Shown here piece after piece: positions 29,130 to 39,359 of a stretch of DNA of 64,000 bases. The notes beneath the pieces were generated by a model that did no database searches, had not been told where the DNA came from, and saw only the letters and a list, made by a program, of their open reading frames with translations. Source of the DNA: Candidatus Avimonas narfae (GTDB lineage: Bacteria; Bacillota; Clostridia; Oscillospirales; Acutalibacteraceae); assembly GCA_904395335.1 (NCBI GenBank), contig CAJFNR010000063.1, positions 31,940 through 95,939 of the forward strand. The letters run 5' to 3'. Numbering within the stretch: the first letter of the stretch is position 1; each line of letters opens with the position of its first letter. A program made the translations under genes and the position numbers.

Positions 29130-29750
29130 ATGACAATATTTCAAATTAAATGGGAATGGACGATTCCGAATCTGCTGTCCATACTGCGACTGCTGCTGTT
29201 GCCGGTTTTTGTGGTACTGTATCTGATGAGCGACACCCGACCGGAGCTGTTGTACTGGGCGGCGGGCGTATTGGTGCTGTCCGGTCTGACCGATCTGTTT
29301 GACGGGCTAATTGCCCGTCATTTCAATCAGATCAGCGACATGGGTAAGCTGCTGGACCCACTGGCCGACAAGCTGACCCAGATCGCGGTGGTGCTGAGCC
29401 TGGCTATCCGGCACAAGGAAGTGATCCCGCTGCTGGTGATCTGCGTGCTCAAGGAGCTGGCTCAGGCGGCGGGAGGAGTATTTCTTCTGCGCCGGGGTGA
29501 ACAGATACGGGGAGCCAAATGGTATGGAAAGGTTTCCACCTTTGTGTTTTACGGCGTGATGGCTCTGATCCTGTTTGTTCCCATGCCTCAGGGTGTTTTT
29601 ATCGGCCTAATTACCTTGGTGGCTGTTTTGATGCTGTTTGCCTTTTACAATTATGCCAAGGTGTTTTTCACCATACGAAAGGATCTTCCGTCCGGACGGG
29701 ATGCCTCCTCTAGGGAGGAACCGGCCCCGGAGCAGGACAAGGAACCGTAA
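29130..29750 (+). CDS. CDP-alcohol phosphatidyltransferase (PgsA-like)
   Basis: It carries the CDP-OH phosphotransferase signature DLFDGLIARHFNQISDMGKLLDPLADKL. It is a membrane protein. Confidence 0.8.
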   Translation: MTIFQIKWEWTIPNLLSILRLLLLPVFVVLYLMSDTRPELLYWAAGVLVLSGLTDLFDGLIARHFNQISDMGKLLDPLADKLTQIAVVLSLAIRHKEVIPLLVICVLKELAQAAGGVFLLRRGEQIRGAKWYGKVSTFVFYGVMALILFVPMPQGVFIGLITLVAVLMLFAFYNYAKVFFTIRKDLPSGRDASSREEPAPEQDKEP

Positions 29751-29804
29751 AACCGGAGGCACTGAGTTTCCGGCACCTCTTTCGGAAAGGTTTGGTACGA
29801 GTAT

Positions 29805-32096
29805 ATGCTGTGTTCGCGCTGCAAAAAAAGACAGGCGGTGGTTTTTGTCACCCGGATGGAGGGGGACAAAACGTATAACGACGGTCTCTGTCTGGTTTGC
29901 GCCAAGGAACTTGGCATCAAACCGGTGAGCGATATGATGGAAAAATTCGGTATCACCGATGACGATGTGGAGCAGATGGATGAGCAGCTGGGGGAGCTGA
30001 TGAACCTTTCCGGCGGCGAAGAAGAGGGGGAGGAGGGCTTTGCTCCGGGTGGAGCGGCGACCTTCCCTTTCCTGCAGAATCTGTTCGGGCAGAAGCCGGG
30101 CGAAACAGCCGGTGACGCTGCCGCTGGGGAAACAAAGGACGCGGCGGGCAAGCAGGATAAGGAGGCGCGGCGACGGGAGAAAAAGCGCAAAGCGCTGGCC
30201 CAGTACTGTACGGATCTCACTGCTCGGGCGCGGGATGGACAGATCGACTGCATCGTGGGACGGGATCGGGAAATCTACCGTGTGATCCAGATCCTTTCCC
30301 GGCGCACCAAGAACAACCCCTGCCTGATCGGCGAACCGGGTGTAGGGAAGACCGCCATTGCCGAGGGGCTGGCGCTGCGCATTGCGGCGGGCCAGGTTCC
30401 TCCGCGCCTGATGGAGAAAGAAATCCATTTGCTGGATCTGACGGCTTTGGTAGCCGGGACCCAGTTCCGCGGCCAGTTTGAGAGCCGGATCAAAGCCCTG
30501 GTGGACGAGGTCAAGGCGGCGGGGAATATCATCCTCTTTATCGATGAGGTGCACAATCTGGTGGGGACTGGCGACGCAGAGGGCAGCATGTCCGCCGCCA
30601 ACATACTGAAGCCCGCCCTGTCTCGTGGGGAGATTCAGGTCATCGGCGCCACTACTTTCAACGAATACCGCAAGAATATCGAAAAGGATGCCGCTCTGGA
30701 GCGCCGCTTCCAGCCGGTGACGGTGGAGGAGCCCTCCATGGCGGATACGGTGGAGATGCTCAAGGGGATCCGTTCCTATTATGAAAATTACCACGGGGTA
30801 AGGGTATCGGATGCGCTGCTCAAACGGGCGGTGCAGCTGTCCGAACGGTATATCACCGACCGTTTTCTGCCGGATAAGGCCATCGATCTGCTGGATGAGG
30901 CCTGTGCGGCGGCGGCCCTGCGCAACAAAAGCGCTGACCGTTATCAAGAGCTGTTGAAGGAAGCCGAGACGCTCCGCCGTCAGGAAGAGGAGCAGATGGG
31001 TGAGGAAAATGTGGATTACGAGCAGCTGGCCAACACCCGCGCCGAGCTGCTCAAGGCGGAGAACCAGGCGGAAGAGCTACGCCCCGCCGCCACTGAAGCT
31101 CCGGTCACCGAGGAAGACCTGGCCAAGGTCATCGAGCTGTGGACCGGCATCCCTGCTTCCAAGGTGCAGGAAAGCGAGCTGTCCCGGTTGGCCCATTTGG
31201 AGGACCGGCTGAAGGAAAAGATCGTAGGCCAGGATGAGGCGGTGGCCGTGGTTTCCGCCGCCATCCGGCGCAGCCGGGTACAGATCAGCCCCCGCCGCCG
31301 TCCCGCGTCCTTTATTTTCGTGGGCCCCACCGGCGTAGGTAAAACCGAGCTGGTTAAGGTGCTGGCTGCTGAGCTTTTCGATACGCCGGAGACACTGATC
31401 CGTCTGGATATGTCGGAATTTATGGAAAAGCACGCTGTTTCCCGCATCATCGGTTCCCCTCCGGGCTATGTGGGCTACGACGAGGCGGGCCAGCTCACCG
31501 AAAAGGTGCGGCGCAAGCCGTATTCCGTGTTGTTGTTCGATGAAATCGAAAAGGCCCACCCGGATGTACTTAACATCCTACTGCAGATTCTGGATGAGGG
31601 ACGGATTACGGACGCCCACGGCCGGACGGTCAATTTCGAGAATACCGTTATCGTCATGACCTCTAATGCGGGCAGCCAGTTCCGAGAAAACCTCATGGGC
31701 TTCGGTGTCAGCGACGCTCAGGCCTCCCGTGACCGGGCGGAAAAGGCTCTGTCCGAGTTCTTGCGTCCGGAGTTTATCAGCCGGGTGGACGAAATTGTGT
31801 ATTTCACCCCCCTTACCCAGGAGAACTTCCGCGATATTGCTCAGCTGATGCTGGGTGAGTTGGTGGAACCCATGAAGGAGCGGGGCATCGACTTTTCCTG
31901 GACACCGGGCGCGGCGGAAGCCCTGGCGGAAAAGGCCTTCGGCGGCAAGCGGGGAGCCCGGGATCTGCGCAATGCCGTCCGCCGCGAAGTGGAGGACAAG
32001 GCCGCGGCCCTGATCGTGGATCACTGCGATACGCCTTTGTCGGCGATCCGGGTGGAAAAGGACCGTAAGGGACAGCTGAAGCTAACAGCCCTATAA
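29805..32096 (+). CDS. clpE: ATP-dependent Clp protease ATP-binding subunit, ClpE-like (N-terminal C4 zinc ribbon, two AAA+ modules)
   Basis: The N-terminus has CSRC-x21-CLVC in place of the ClpC N-repeats. There are two Walker A motifs (GEPGVGKTAIAEG and GPTGVGKTELVK), a short M-domain coiled coil, and a candidate ClpP-docking loop (LMGFGV). Confidence 0.8.
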   Translation: MLCSRCKKRQAVVFVTRMEGDKTYNDGLCLVCAKELGIKPVSDMMEKFGITDDDVEQMDEQLGELMNLSGGEEEGEEGFAPGGAATFPFLQNLFGQKPGETAGDAAAGETKDAAGKQDKEARRREKKRKALAQYCTDLTARARDGQIDCIVGRDREIYRVIQILSRRTKNNPCLIGEPGVGKTAIAEGLALRIAAGQVPPRLMEKEIHLLDLTALVAGTQFRGQFESRIKALVDEVKAAGNIILFIDEVHNLVGTGDAEGSMSAANILKPALSRGEIQVIGATTFNEYRKNIEKDAALERRFQPVTVEEPSMADTVEMLKGIRSYYENYHGVRVSDALLKRAVQLSERYITDRFLPDKAIDLLDEACAAAALRNKSADRYQELLKEAETLRRQEEEQMGEENVDYEQLANTRAELLKAENQAEELRPAATEAPVTEEDLAKVIELWTGIPASKVQESELSRLAHLEDRLKEKIVGQDEAVAVVSAAIRRSRVQISPRRRPASFIFVGPTGVGKTELVKVLAAELFDTPETLIRLDMSEFMEKHAVSRIIGSPPGYVGYDEAGQLTEKVRRKPYSVLLFDEIEKAHPDVLNILLQILDEGRITDAHGRTVNFENTVIVMTSNAGSQFRENLMGFGVSDAQASRDRAEKALSEFLRPEFISRVDEIVYFTPLTQENFRDIAQLMLGELVEPMKERGIDFSWTPGAAEALAEKAFGGKRGARDLRNAVRREVEDKAAALIVDHCDTPLSAIRVEKDRKGQLKLTAL

Positions 32097-32185
32097 TAAA
32101 AAAGAAGGAGCCCCGGCAGGCGATGGATCCGCCTGCCGGGGCTCCTTTATCTCTGTTGAAAGGGGTTTCCCGAGTGCCAAGTCCC

Positions 32186-33958
32186 TCAGCCTTTGCCGGA
32201 GGGGGGATTCAGCTTGGCCAGGCCCTCGCGGATGTTGGCCCAGGCGTCGGATTCTTCCCGGTCGATTTTCAGCAGGTTGCTGATCAATTTCCCGTCGTAA
32301 TCGTTGACGTTGAACCAAATCATCCCGGCGATCTGGCGGCAGTATTCGTATCCGGGCTCCGTTTTCTTTGCCAGACAATCGAACATGTCCTTGAGCCACC
32401 GGACGCGGTTTTCCCGGTTCCGCCCCAGCGCCAGTCCCTTGTTTTCTCCGCCAGCGCCGCAGCCGAATTCACCGGCGATCATGGGCCAGCCGCGGAAATA
32501 CGGCATATTCATCTCATACAGCTCCGTATACATATCCGAAAAAGATCTCAGGTCGCCGTTGCCGAACTCGTAATAGGTCAGTCCCAGCACATGAACATAT
32601 TCGGGCCCGGGCACATAGCACAGGGTATCGCCCCACCGGCTGTAGGGACAGGATTTAGCCATGGGGTTGAAAATCCAGATGGTGTTGTCCACACCCTCCT
32701 GGCGGAAAATGTCGTACAGCCGGCGCCAAGAGGCGATATACAGTTCGGGATCCAGCAGAGAGACCATGCCGCAGTAGCTGGTCCAGTCGGTGTTCATCTC
32801 GTTGTTGAGGCGGAACAGGACCGGCTTTCCGTAAGTCCGGATGTCCCGCGCCAGTTCCCGGAAGTGTTCGTCGTAAACGCCCCGGAGAATGTCGTAAATG
32901 GGGGTTTTCCCTTCCAGCCCGGTGTTGTTGGTAGTGGTAAACTGATAGGAGAGCTGTAGCACTGGCTTTCCGTTGAAACCGTTGCCGCCGGCGAATTCCG
33001 TCGCCAATTCCATGGGAAAATAAAGCATCTTGTCCATGTAGCCCAGATGGAGATAAGTGGGGAAGATCTGCATGGCACAGCCCATCCCCTCTTCCCCCTG
33101 CATCCATGACAGGGTGTCGATTACCCTTTCGCGCACCGCGGCAAATGCGTCTTCATTTCGATCGGGAAGGGAAGCAGTGAACACGCCCCAGTCCATGTTT
33201 CCCCTGTCGATTTTGTCAAACAGGGAATCGTAATAGGCCCGGGTTTCTTCCGACCAGTCATCGGGGATACACAAAGGATAGGTGCCCACCGTGTTTTTGC
33301 CGCACCCTTGCCTTGTGATGGGGCGGAAGGAGTTGAGGATCGTATCGAACAGCGCCGCGCCGTCGTCCGCAGTTTTCAGGTTCAGCAGGTAAAAGGCATT
33401 GTAACAGTTGGTTTTGCGCAGGATAGCAATGTGATAGCAGGGCAGCTCCACCTGTATTCCGCCGCCGATGGCGATATGGTATACTGTCACGGTATAACCG
33501 GGCAGAATATCGGTGCGTTCCACCGTCGGGCTGCGGCGTTCCAGGCCGTTCTTTTCCAGGAAGCCGTCGTCGTGGATATAGCGGTTGAGCCACTCAGTCA
33601 GATAGATGTGCCAGCCCTCCGGGGTGTTGCCGTAAGTGCTCCGGTCTTCGTAGCTGACCGTGAGGCGGTATCCATCGCCGGCGTATACGGTTTTGAGAGC
33701 ACCCAGTGCGTCATCGATGGACACCCCGGTAAAGGGCAGGGTGAGGCAGTACCCGTCGGCAAAATGCACCACGCGGGTGGAGTGCTCGTTTTCAAACACG
33801 TATTTGACATCGTGCTGAGCCGTTTCCGCCTGGTAATCGCTGCTGATTTCACCGTCGCGCAGCATAAAAGCGCGCTTGATCGCCTCCGGACCCACAAAGC
33901 CGTGCGCCGCGTCGGCATAGGTGGCCTCCCACAGGGAATCAATCATATTTTCCGCCAT
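32186..33958 (-). CDS. Cytoplasmic glycoside-hydrolase-like protein (GH26 / beta-mannanase-like C-terminal domain)
   Basis: It starts at MAENMIDSLWE with an AAGGGGAG RBS and has no signal peptide. The C-terminal region (RLNNEMNTDW ... WIFNPMAK ... IAGEFGCGAGGEN) resembles the GH26/COG4124 family. The family call is tentative. Confidence 0.55.
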   Translation of the reverse strand: MAENMIDSLWEATYADAAHGFVGPEAIKRAFMLRDGEISSDYQAETAQHDVKYVFENEHSTRVVHFADGYCLTLPFTGVSIDDALGALKTVYAGDGYRLTVSYEDRSTYGNTPEGWHIYLTEWLNRYIHDDGFLEKNGLERRSPTVERTDILPGYTVTVYHIAIGGGIQVELPCYHIAILRKTNCYNAFYLLNLKTADDGAALFDTILNSFRPITRQGCGKNTVGTYPLCIPDDWSEETRAYYDSLFDKIDRGNMDWGVFTASLPDRNEDAFAAVRERVIDTLSWMQGEEGMGCAMQIFPTYLHLGYMDKMLYFPMELATEFAGGNGFNGKPVLQLSYQFTTTNNTGLEGKTPIYDILRGVYDEHFRELARDIRTYGKPVLFRLNNEMNTDWTSYCGMVSLLDPELYIASWRRLYDIFRQEGVDNTIWIFNPMAKSCPYSRWGDTLCYVPGPEYVHVLGLTYYEFGNGDLRSFSDMYTELYEMNMPYFRGWPMIAGEFGCGAGGENKGLALGRNRENRVRWLKDMFDCLAKKTEPGYEYCRQIAGMIWFNVNDYDGKLISNLLKIDREESDAWANIREGLAKLNPPSGKG

Positions 33959-34189
33959 AAAAAGGAATCTCCCCTTTCTCACATATCGTGAAATGGTTCC
34001 CGTTTGCTTGATCATAGCCGCAGGCCGCATCCTTGTCAAGACAAAAATAAAAAGCCGGGAGATCATAGGTCGGGGAAGCCGGGGCAATTTTCTTGCGTAA
34101 AACCGACGGGGTGTGCTATACTATATCCTCGGGAAAAATTTACCGTTCTCTTATATAAGGAAAGAGCAGGAAGGACGGGAGGGCTGTTT

Positions 34190-34411
34190 ATGGATGTACA
34201 GGTGGGCGATGTGCTGGAGATGAAAAAGCCGCATCCCTGCGGCAGCCAGCGTTTTTCTGTGCTGCGTGTGGGGATGGATTTCCGCCTGAAGTGCGAGGGG
34301 TGCGGTCATGAGGTCATGGTGCCCCGGCTGAAAATCGAGAAGCGGATCAAGCGCATCCTGCGGGACGGCGCTCCGGCGGAGGAAAAGGGGTCGAAGGACA
34401 ATGTTCGATAA
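34190..34411 (+). CDS. DUF951-like small zinc-ribbon protein
   Basis: A 73-aa product, [43 protein letters not shown], with the C-x(n)-CxxC pattern. It has a GGAAGGACGGGAGGG RBS and overlaps the prfA start. Confidence 0.6.
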   Translation: MDVQVGDVLEMKKPHPCGSQRFSVLRVGMDFRLKCEGCGHEVMVPRLKIEKRIKRILRDGAPAEEKGSKDNVR

Positions 34412-35477
34412 GTTGCGGGAAGTGGAGGGCCGGTACGAGGAGATTCAGCAGCGGCTCTGCGATCCCGGCGTGGTCTCCGATGTGGAGGAATACACACGGC
34501 TGATGAAGGAAAGCAAAAGCCTGCTGCCGGTAGTGGAGAAATACCGGGAGTACCGGCAGGCGGAGCAGACGGCGGCGGAGGCCAAGGCCCTGCTGGACGA
34601 AGGCGGACTGGATAAGGAGCTGCGGGAGCTGGCGGAACAGGAGTGGGAGCAGGGCCGCCGGGACATGGAGCATTGTGCCGAGGAACTGAAGATTCTGCTG
34701 CTGCCACGGGACGAAAACGACGACCGCAACGTCATCATTGAGATACGCGGCGGCGCCGGAGGCGAAGAGTCGGCACTGTTCGCTGGTTCCCTGTACCGTA
34801 TGTACACCATGTACGCGGAATCCAGGGGGTTTAAGGTGGAGGTCATCGACGCCAACGAAACTGAGCTGGGGGGCTATAAGGAAATCCGTTTTGCCGTCTC
34901 CGGCGAGGGGGCCTACAGCCGGCTGAAATTTGAAAGCGGCGTCCACCGGGTCCAGCGAGTGCCGGAGACGGAGGCGGGCGGCCGCATCCATACCTCCACC
35001 GTTACGGTGGCGGTGCTGCCGGAGGCAGACGACGTGGAGGTAGAGATCAATCCCGCCGATTTGCAGATCGATACCTATCGTTCCGGCGGCGCCGGGGGCC
35101 AGCACGTCAACAAGACAGAATCAGCCATCCGCATCACCCACCTGCCCACCGGGCTAGTGGTGGAATGCCAGGACGAGCGCAGTCAGTATAAGAATAAGGA
35201 TAAGGCCATGCGGGTGCTGCGCTCCCGCCTGTACGAGCGCAAATTGCAGGAGCAGCAGTCCGCCATTGCCGCCGACCGGCGGTCCCAGGTGGGCACCGGC
35301 GACCGCAGTGAGCGCATCCGCACCTACAATTTTCCTCAGGGGCGCGTCACCGATCACCGCATCGGTTTGACCCTGTACCGGATCGAAAGCATCATGAACG
35401 GCGATCTGGATGAGATTATCGATGCGCTGATCACGGCCGATCGCGCGCGAAAACTGGGGGAACAGCAGGAAGAGTGA
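34401..35477 (+). CDS. prfA: peptide chain release factor 1
   Basis: GGQ motif ([17 protein letters not shown]), a tripeptide anticodon-type loop (RVPETE), and a typical RF1 N-terminus. Confidence 0.95.
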   Translation: MFDKLREVEGRYEEIQQRLCDPGVVSDVEEYTRLMKESKSLLPVVEKYREYRQAEQTAAEAKALLDEGGLDKELRELAEQEWEQGRRDMEHCAEELKILLLPRDENDDRNVIIEIRGGAGGEESALFAGSLYRMYTMYAESRGFKVEVIDANETELGGYKEIRFAVSGEGAYSRLKFESGVHRVQRVPETEAGGRIHTSTVTVAVLPEADDVEVEINPADLQIDTYRSGGAGGQHVNKTESAIRITHLPTGLVVECQDERSQYKNKDKAMRVLRSRLYERKLQEQQSAIAADRRSQVGTGDRSERIRTYNFPQGRVTDHRIGLTLYRIESIMNGDLDEIIDALITADRARKLGEQQEE

Positions 35478-36559
35478 CTGCTTATCCGGGAAAGTCAGGG
35501 ACCAATATGGAGGAAAGAAAACAAACGCTGCTGCTGGGCAGCGATGCCGAGGGGATTGCCCAGGCGGCCCGGTTGCTGAGGGAAAGCGAGCTGGTGGGAA
35601 TCCCCACCGAGACCGTTTATGGCCTGGCGGCGGATGCTCTGAACGGTACGGCGGCGGCCCGTATCTTTGCCGCCAAGGGCAGGCCCCAGGACAATCCGTT
35701 GATTGTCCATATCGCTTCCCTCAGCGAATGGGAACCGCTGGTACGGGAGCTGCCCGCTCAGGCGGTACGGCTGGCGGAGGCTTATTGGCCGGGGCCACTG
35801 ACCATGATCCTGCCCCGTAGCGGGCGCGTACCGGAGGCGGTGAGTGCCGGCTTGCCCACGGTGGCGGTGCGTATGCCCTCCCACCCTGTGGCGCGTGCCA
35901 TTATTGAAGCGGCCGACCGGCCGCTGGCGGCGCCCTCCGCCAATCGTTCGGGCAGCCCCAGCCCCACCACCGCCGCCCATGTGCTGGCGGATATGGAGGG
36001 GCGGATTGCCGCGGTGGTGGACGGCGGACCCTGTTCTGTGGGGGTGGAATCCACTGTGGTGGATCTGACGCCGACCCTACAGGGCGGTCCGGTACGGCTT
36101 TTGCGTCCCGGCGGAATCACGGTTCCCCAACTGGAGGCGGCTGCAGGGACCGTTGTCATCGATCCCGCTGTCACCGACCGGCTGGCGGAGGGCGCTGTAG
36201 CCTCGTCGCCCGGAATGAAATACAAACATTACGCCCCACAGGCGCAGGTGATTATCGTTCGCGGTGATCCGGAGCACTATGCCGCTTACGTCAACCGCCG
36301 GGCGCAGGAGGAGCCGGACCGGCACGTGGCGGCCCTGTGCTTTGAGGAGGACCGGCCCCGTCTGCAGGTTCCCTGTGTGATGTACGGCAGAAGGGACGAT
36401 CCTTCCTCCCAAGCCCGGGGGCTGTTCGATGCGATGCGCCGCCTGGATGCGGACGGTATCGATGTAGCCTATGCCGCCTGCCCCGGGCAGGGCGGCGTGG
36501 GGCTGGCGGTTTACAACCGTCTGCTGCGGGCGGCCGCCTTTACCATCGTGGATGCCTGA
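35474..36559 (+). CDS. tsaC: L-threonylcarbamoyladenylate synthase (Sua5/YwlC type: YrdC domain plus Sua5 C-terminal domain)
   Basis: The YrdC signature [18 protein letters not shown] is present and the length is consistent with the two-domain Sua5 form. The start codon is uncertain; the product is 361 aa if it begins at the GTG at 35474. Confidence 0.8.
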   Translation: MTAYPGKSGTNMEERKQTLLLGSDAEGIAQAARLLRESELVGIPTETVYGLAADALNGTAAARIFAAKGRPQDNPLIVHIASLSEWEPLVRELPAQAVRLAEAYWPGPLTMILPRSGRVPEAVSAGLPTVAVRMPSHPVARAIIEAADRPLAAPSANRSGSPSPTTAAHVLADMEGRIAAVVDGGPCSVGVESTVVDLTPTLQGGPVRLLRPGGITVPQLEAAAGTVVIDPAVTDRLAEGAVASSPGMKYKHYAPQAQVIIVRGDPEHYAAYVNRRAQEEPDRHVAALCFEEDRPRLQVPCVMYGRRDDPSSQARGLFDAMRRLDADGIDVAYAACPGQGGVGLAVYNRLLRAAAFTIVDA

Positions 36560-36581
36560 TGCGGGAAAGGAGGATTCTTGT

Positions 36582-37190
36582 ATGCCGCTGTATGTGGTTG
36601 GCCTGACTGGCCCCACCGGCGCGGGAAAAAGCGCGGTGGCGGCCCTTCTGGAAAAAGGCGGGCTTTCGCTGATTGACGCCGACCGGCTTTGCCGGGAGGC
36701 GGTGGAGCCGGGGACACCCTGCCTGGCGGAACTGGCGGAGTCGTTCGGCCGGGACATTCTCCTGCCCGACGGTTCCCTCAACCGGAAGGAGCTGGCCCGG
36801 CGGGCCTTTTCCTCGCGGGAAAGCACCGAGAGGCTCAACGCTTTGGTGCATCCCCCCGTCATCGCCATGACCAGGGAGCGGCTGGCCCGGTGGGAGCGGG
36901 AGGGGCGCCGGGCTGCCCTTATCGATGCTCCGCTGCTGTTTGAAAGCGGACTGGACGCTGTGTGTTCTTTGACGGTGGCAGTGCTGGCCCCCGAGGAGCT
37001 GCGCCTACGCCGTATCCGGGAGAGGGACGGCCTGACCCGGGAGGAGGCCCTGCGGCGCATGAAGGCTCAGCCGGATGAGGCGTATTACCGGCAACGCGCC
37101 GGAGCAGTCATCGAAAATACCGGAGGTTTGGATTCACTGAGGGGGAAGACGGAGGAATTGCTGCGGCAGATAAGGGAGGCATGTCCATGA
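36582..37190 (+). CDS. coaE: dephospho-CoA kinase
   Basis: An internal ATG with a GAAAGGAGGA RBS gives MPLYVVGLTGPTGAGKS (P-loop). The track ORF 36471..37190 is an upstream extension overlapping tsaC. Confidence 0.85.
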   Translation: MPLYVVGLTGPTGAGKSAVAALLEKGGLSLIDADRLCREAVEPGTPCLAELAESFGRDILLPDGSLNRKELARRAFSSRESTERLNALVHPPVIAMTRERLARWEREGRRAALIDAPLLFESGLDAVCSLTVAVLAPEELRLRRIRERDGLTREEALRRMKAQPDEAYYRQRAGAVIENTGGLDSLRGKTEELLRQIREACP

Positions 37191-37780
37191 CGGAAGCGGG
37201 TTCCTCAAAAAGGCGGTTTCCACGGGCGGCGGAAGTGCTGGCCGCCCTTCTTCTGCTGGCGGCGGCGGGGCTGTTGCTGCGGGTGGGTTACCGGCATTAT
37301 ATGCGCACCATGTATCCTATGGCCTATACCGAGCTGGTGGAGGCCTGCGCGGCGGAATATGGCTTTGATCCCTCCCTGGTTTATGCCCTGATCCGCACGG
37401 AGAGCGATTTCGATCCCGACGCCTGTTCCTCCGCCGATGCCCGAGGGCTGATGCAGATGACGGATGAGACCTTTGAATGGGCGCAGCGCCGGGCCGGCCG
37501 TACCGATCTGCTTTCCGCCGATCAGCTGTATGACCCGGAGATCAGCATCCGCTACGGCGTTTATGCCTTATCCCTGATGCGGGAAAAATACACGCATATT
37601 CCCACCCTGTTGGCCGCGTACAATGCCGGCATGGGCAAGGTGGGCCAATGGCTGAAGGATCCCCGCTGTTCCGATGACGGAGCTACCCTCAAGGAGATAC
37701 CGTATACGGAAACGCGGGACTATATCGACAAGGTGCTGGATGCGCAGGAAATGTACCGCGAGCTGTACGATCTTAAGTAA
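37181..37780 (+). CDS. lytic transglycosylase (SLT domain), membrane-anchored
   Basis: An N-terminal transmembrane helix plus the SLT catalytic motif (LIRTESDFDPDACSSADARGLMQMT). Confidence 0.8.
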   Translation: MSMTEAGSSKRRFPRAAEVLAALLLLAAAGLLLRVGYRHYMRTMYPMAYTELVEACAAEYGFDPSLVYALIRTESDFDPDACSSADARGLMQMTDETFEWAQRRAGRTDLLSADQLYDPEISIRYGVYALSLMREKYTHIPTLLAAYNAGMGKVGQWLKDPRCSDDGATLKEIPYTETRDYIDKVLDAQEMYRELYDLK

Positions 37781-37865
37781 ACTGCCCTTGTCCGGGCACA
37801 CTAATCCGGTAGGATCGGGAAATAGAAACGTCCGCGGGAAAGCGGCGAAGAAAGGATGAGCATAG

Positions 37866-39269
37866 ATGGCAGAAAAATCCGTATCTCAAATGTTGAAGGA
37901 GACGCTTTTTTATGATCCCAAGCCGGCCACGGTGCGGCTGAGCGATGAGGAGCTGGCCGCCGCCGACCGGTATTGCGAGGGGTATCGGGCCTTCTTGGAC
38001 CGTTCCAAGACGGAGCGGGAGGCGGTGCGGTCCGTCGTGGAGCTGGCGGAGGCTAGGGGCTTCCGGCCCTTTGACCGTAAGGCCCCTCTAAAGGCCGGAG
38101 ACAAGGTATATGTCAACAACCGGGGAAAGGCTCTGCTGCTGGCCGTGATCGGAACGCGGCCCATTACGGACGGCGTGTCCATCGCCGCCGCCCATATCGA
38201 TTCTCCCCGTCTGGATCTGAAACCCAATCCGCTGTATGAGGATCACGACCTGGCGTATTTTGACACGCATTATTACGGCGGGATCAAGAAGTATCAGTGG
38301 CCTACCCTGCCGTTGGCGCTCCACGGCGTCATCGTTCGCCGGGACGGCACCAGCGTGAACGTTTGTGTAGGCGAGGACCCGGATGACCCGGTTTTCTGCG
38401 TCACCGACCTGCTGCCCCATCTGGCCACGGAACAGATGAAGCGCACCATGGTGGAGGGGGTCAAGGGCGAGGATCTGAACATCCTCATCGGCTCCCGTCC
38501 TTTCCGCGATGATGAGGGCAGCGAGCTGGTGAAGCTGAATATCCTCAAGATCCTCCACGAGAAATACGGCATTGTGGAGAGCGATTTTCTTTCCGCGGAG
38601 CTGGAGGCGGTACCGGCCTTCCCGTCCCGGGACGTGGGCTTTGACCGCAGCATGATCGGCGGGTACGGCCACGACGACCGCGTGTGCGCCTACCCTGCTG
38701 TGACCGCTATTCTGGAGACGGAGCGGCCCGCCTACACCGCCGTGACCATTTTGGCGGATAAGGAGGAGATCGGCTCCGAAGGAAATACCGGCATGCAGTC
38801 CGCGTATTTGAAATATTTCATCGCCGATATCGCCGCCGCCTTCGGCGAGGAGGGACGGCACGTGCTGTCCCAGTCGGTGTGCCTGTCCGCCGATGTCAAC
38901 GTGGCGCTGGACCCGATTTTCCCTGAGGTGGTGGAGGCCCGCAACTGCGCCAGGATCAACGGTGGCGTGGTGCTTACCAAATACACCGGCTCCCGCGGCA
39001 AATCGGATACCTCCGACGCCTCCGCCGAGTTGATGGGCATGATCCGCTCCCTGATGGACGGCGCGGACGTGGTGTGGCAGATCGGTGAGCTGGGCAAGGT
39101 GGACATCGGCGGCGGCGGCACCGTGGCCAAATATATCGCCGACCTGGATGTGGATACCGTGGATCTGGGGGTGCCGGTGCTGTCCATGCACGCCCCCTTT
39201 GAAATCGTGGCTAAGGCGGATGTCTATATGGCGCACAAAGCGTTTTCCGCTTTGCTGAACCGCAGCTGA
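37866..39269 (+). CDS. M18-family aminopeptidase
   Basis: AAHIDSPRLDLKPNP and GYGHDDRVCAY are characteristic of the M18 (aspartyl aminopeptidase family) metallopeptidases. Confidence 0.85.
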   Translation: MAEKSVSQMLKETLFYDPKPATVRLSDEELAAADRYCEGYRAFLDRSKTEREAVRSVVELAEARGFRPFDRKAPLKAGDKVYVNNRGKALLLAVIGTRPITDGVSIAAAHIDSPRLDLKPNPLYEDHDLAYFDTHYYGGIKKYQWPTLPLALHGVIVRRDGTSVNVCVGEDPDDPVFCVTDLLPHLATEQMKRTMVEGVKGEDLNILIGSRPFRDDEGSELVKLNILKILHEKYGIVESDFLSAELEAVPAFPSRDVGFDRSMIGGYGHDDRVCAYPAVTAILETERPAYTAVTILADKEEIGSEGNTGMQSAYLKYFIADIAAAFGEEGRHVLSQSVCLSADVNVALDPIFPEVVEARNCARINGGVVLTKYTGSRGKSDTSDASAELMGMIRSLMDGADVVWQIGELGKVDIGGGGTVAKYIADLDVDTVDLGVPVLSMHAPFEIVAKADVYMAHKAFSALLNRS

Positions 39270-39278
39270 GGCAGCAGA

Positions 39279-39322
39279 GGCCCTGTCCTTCCCCGAAAAG
39301 GGAAGTGACGGGGCCTTTTTCC
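39279..39322 (+). terminator. Intrinsic terminator after the aminopeptidase gene
   Basis: GGCCCTGTCCTTCCCCgaaaaGGGAAGTGACGGGGCC followed by TTTTT. Confidence 0.7.
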
Positions 39323-39359
39323 TGACCCTGCGGACGAAAAAGGACATAGGGGGAGTGAC

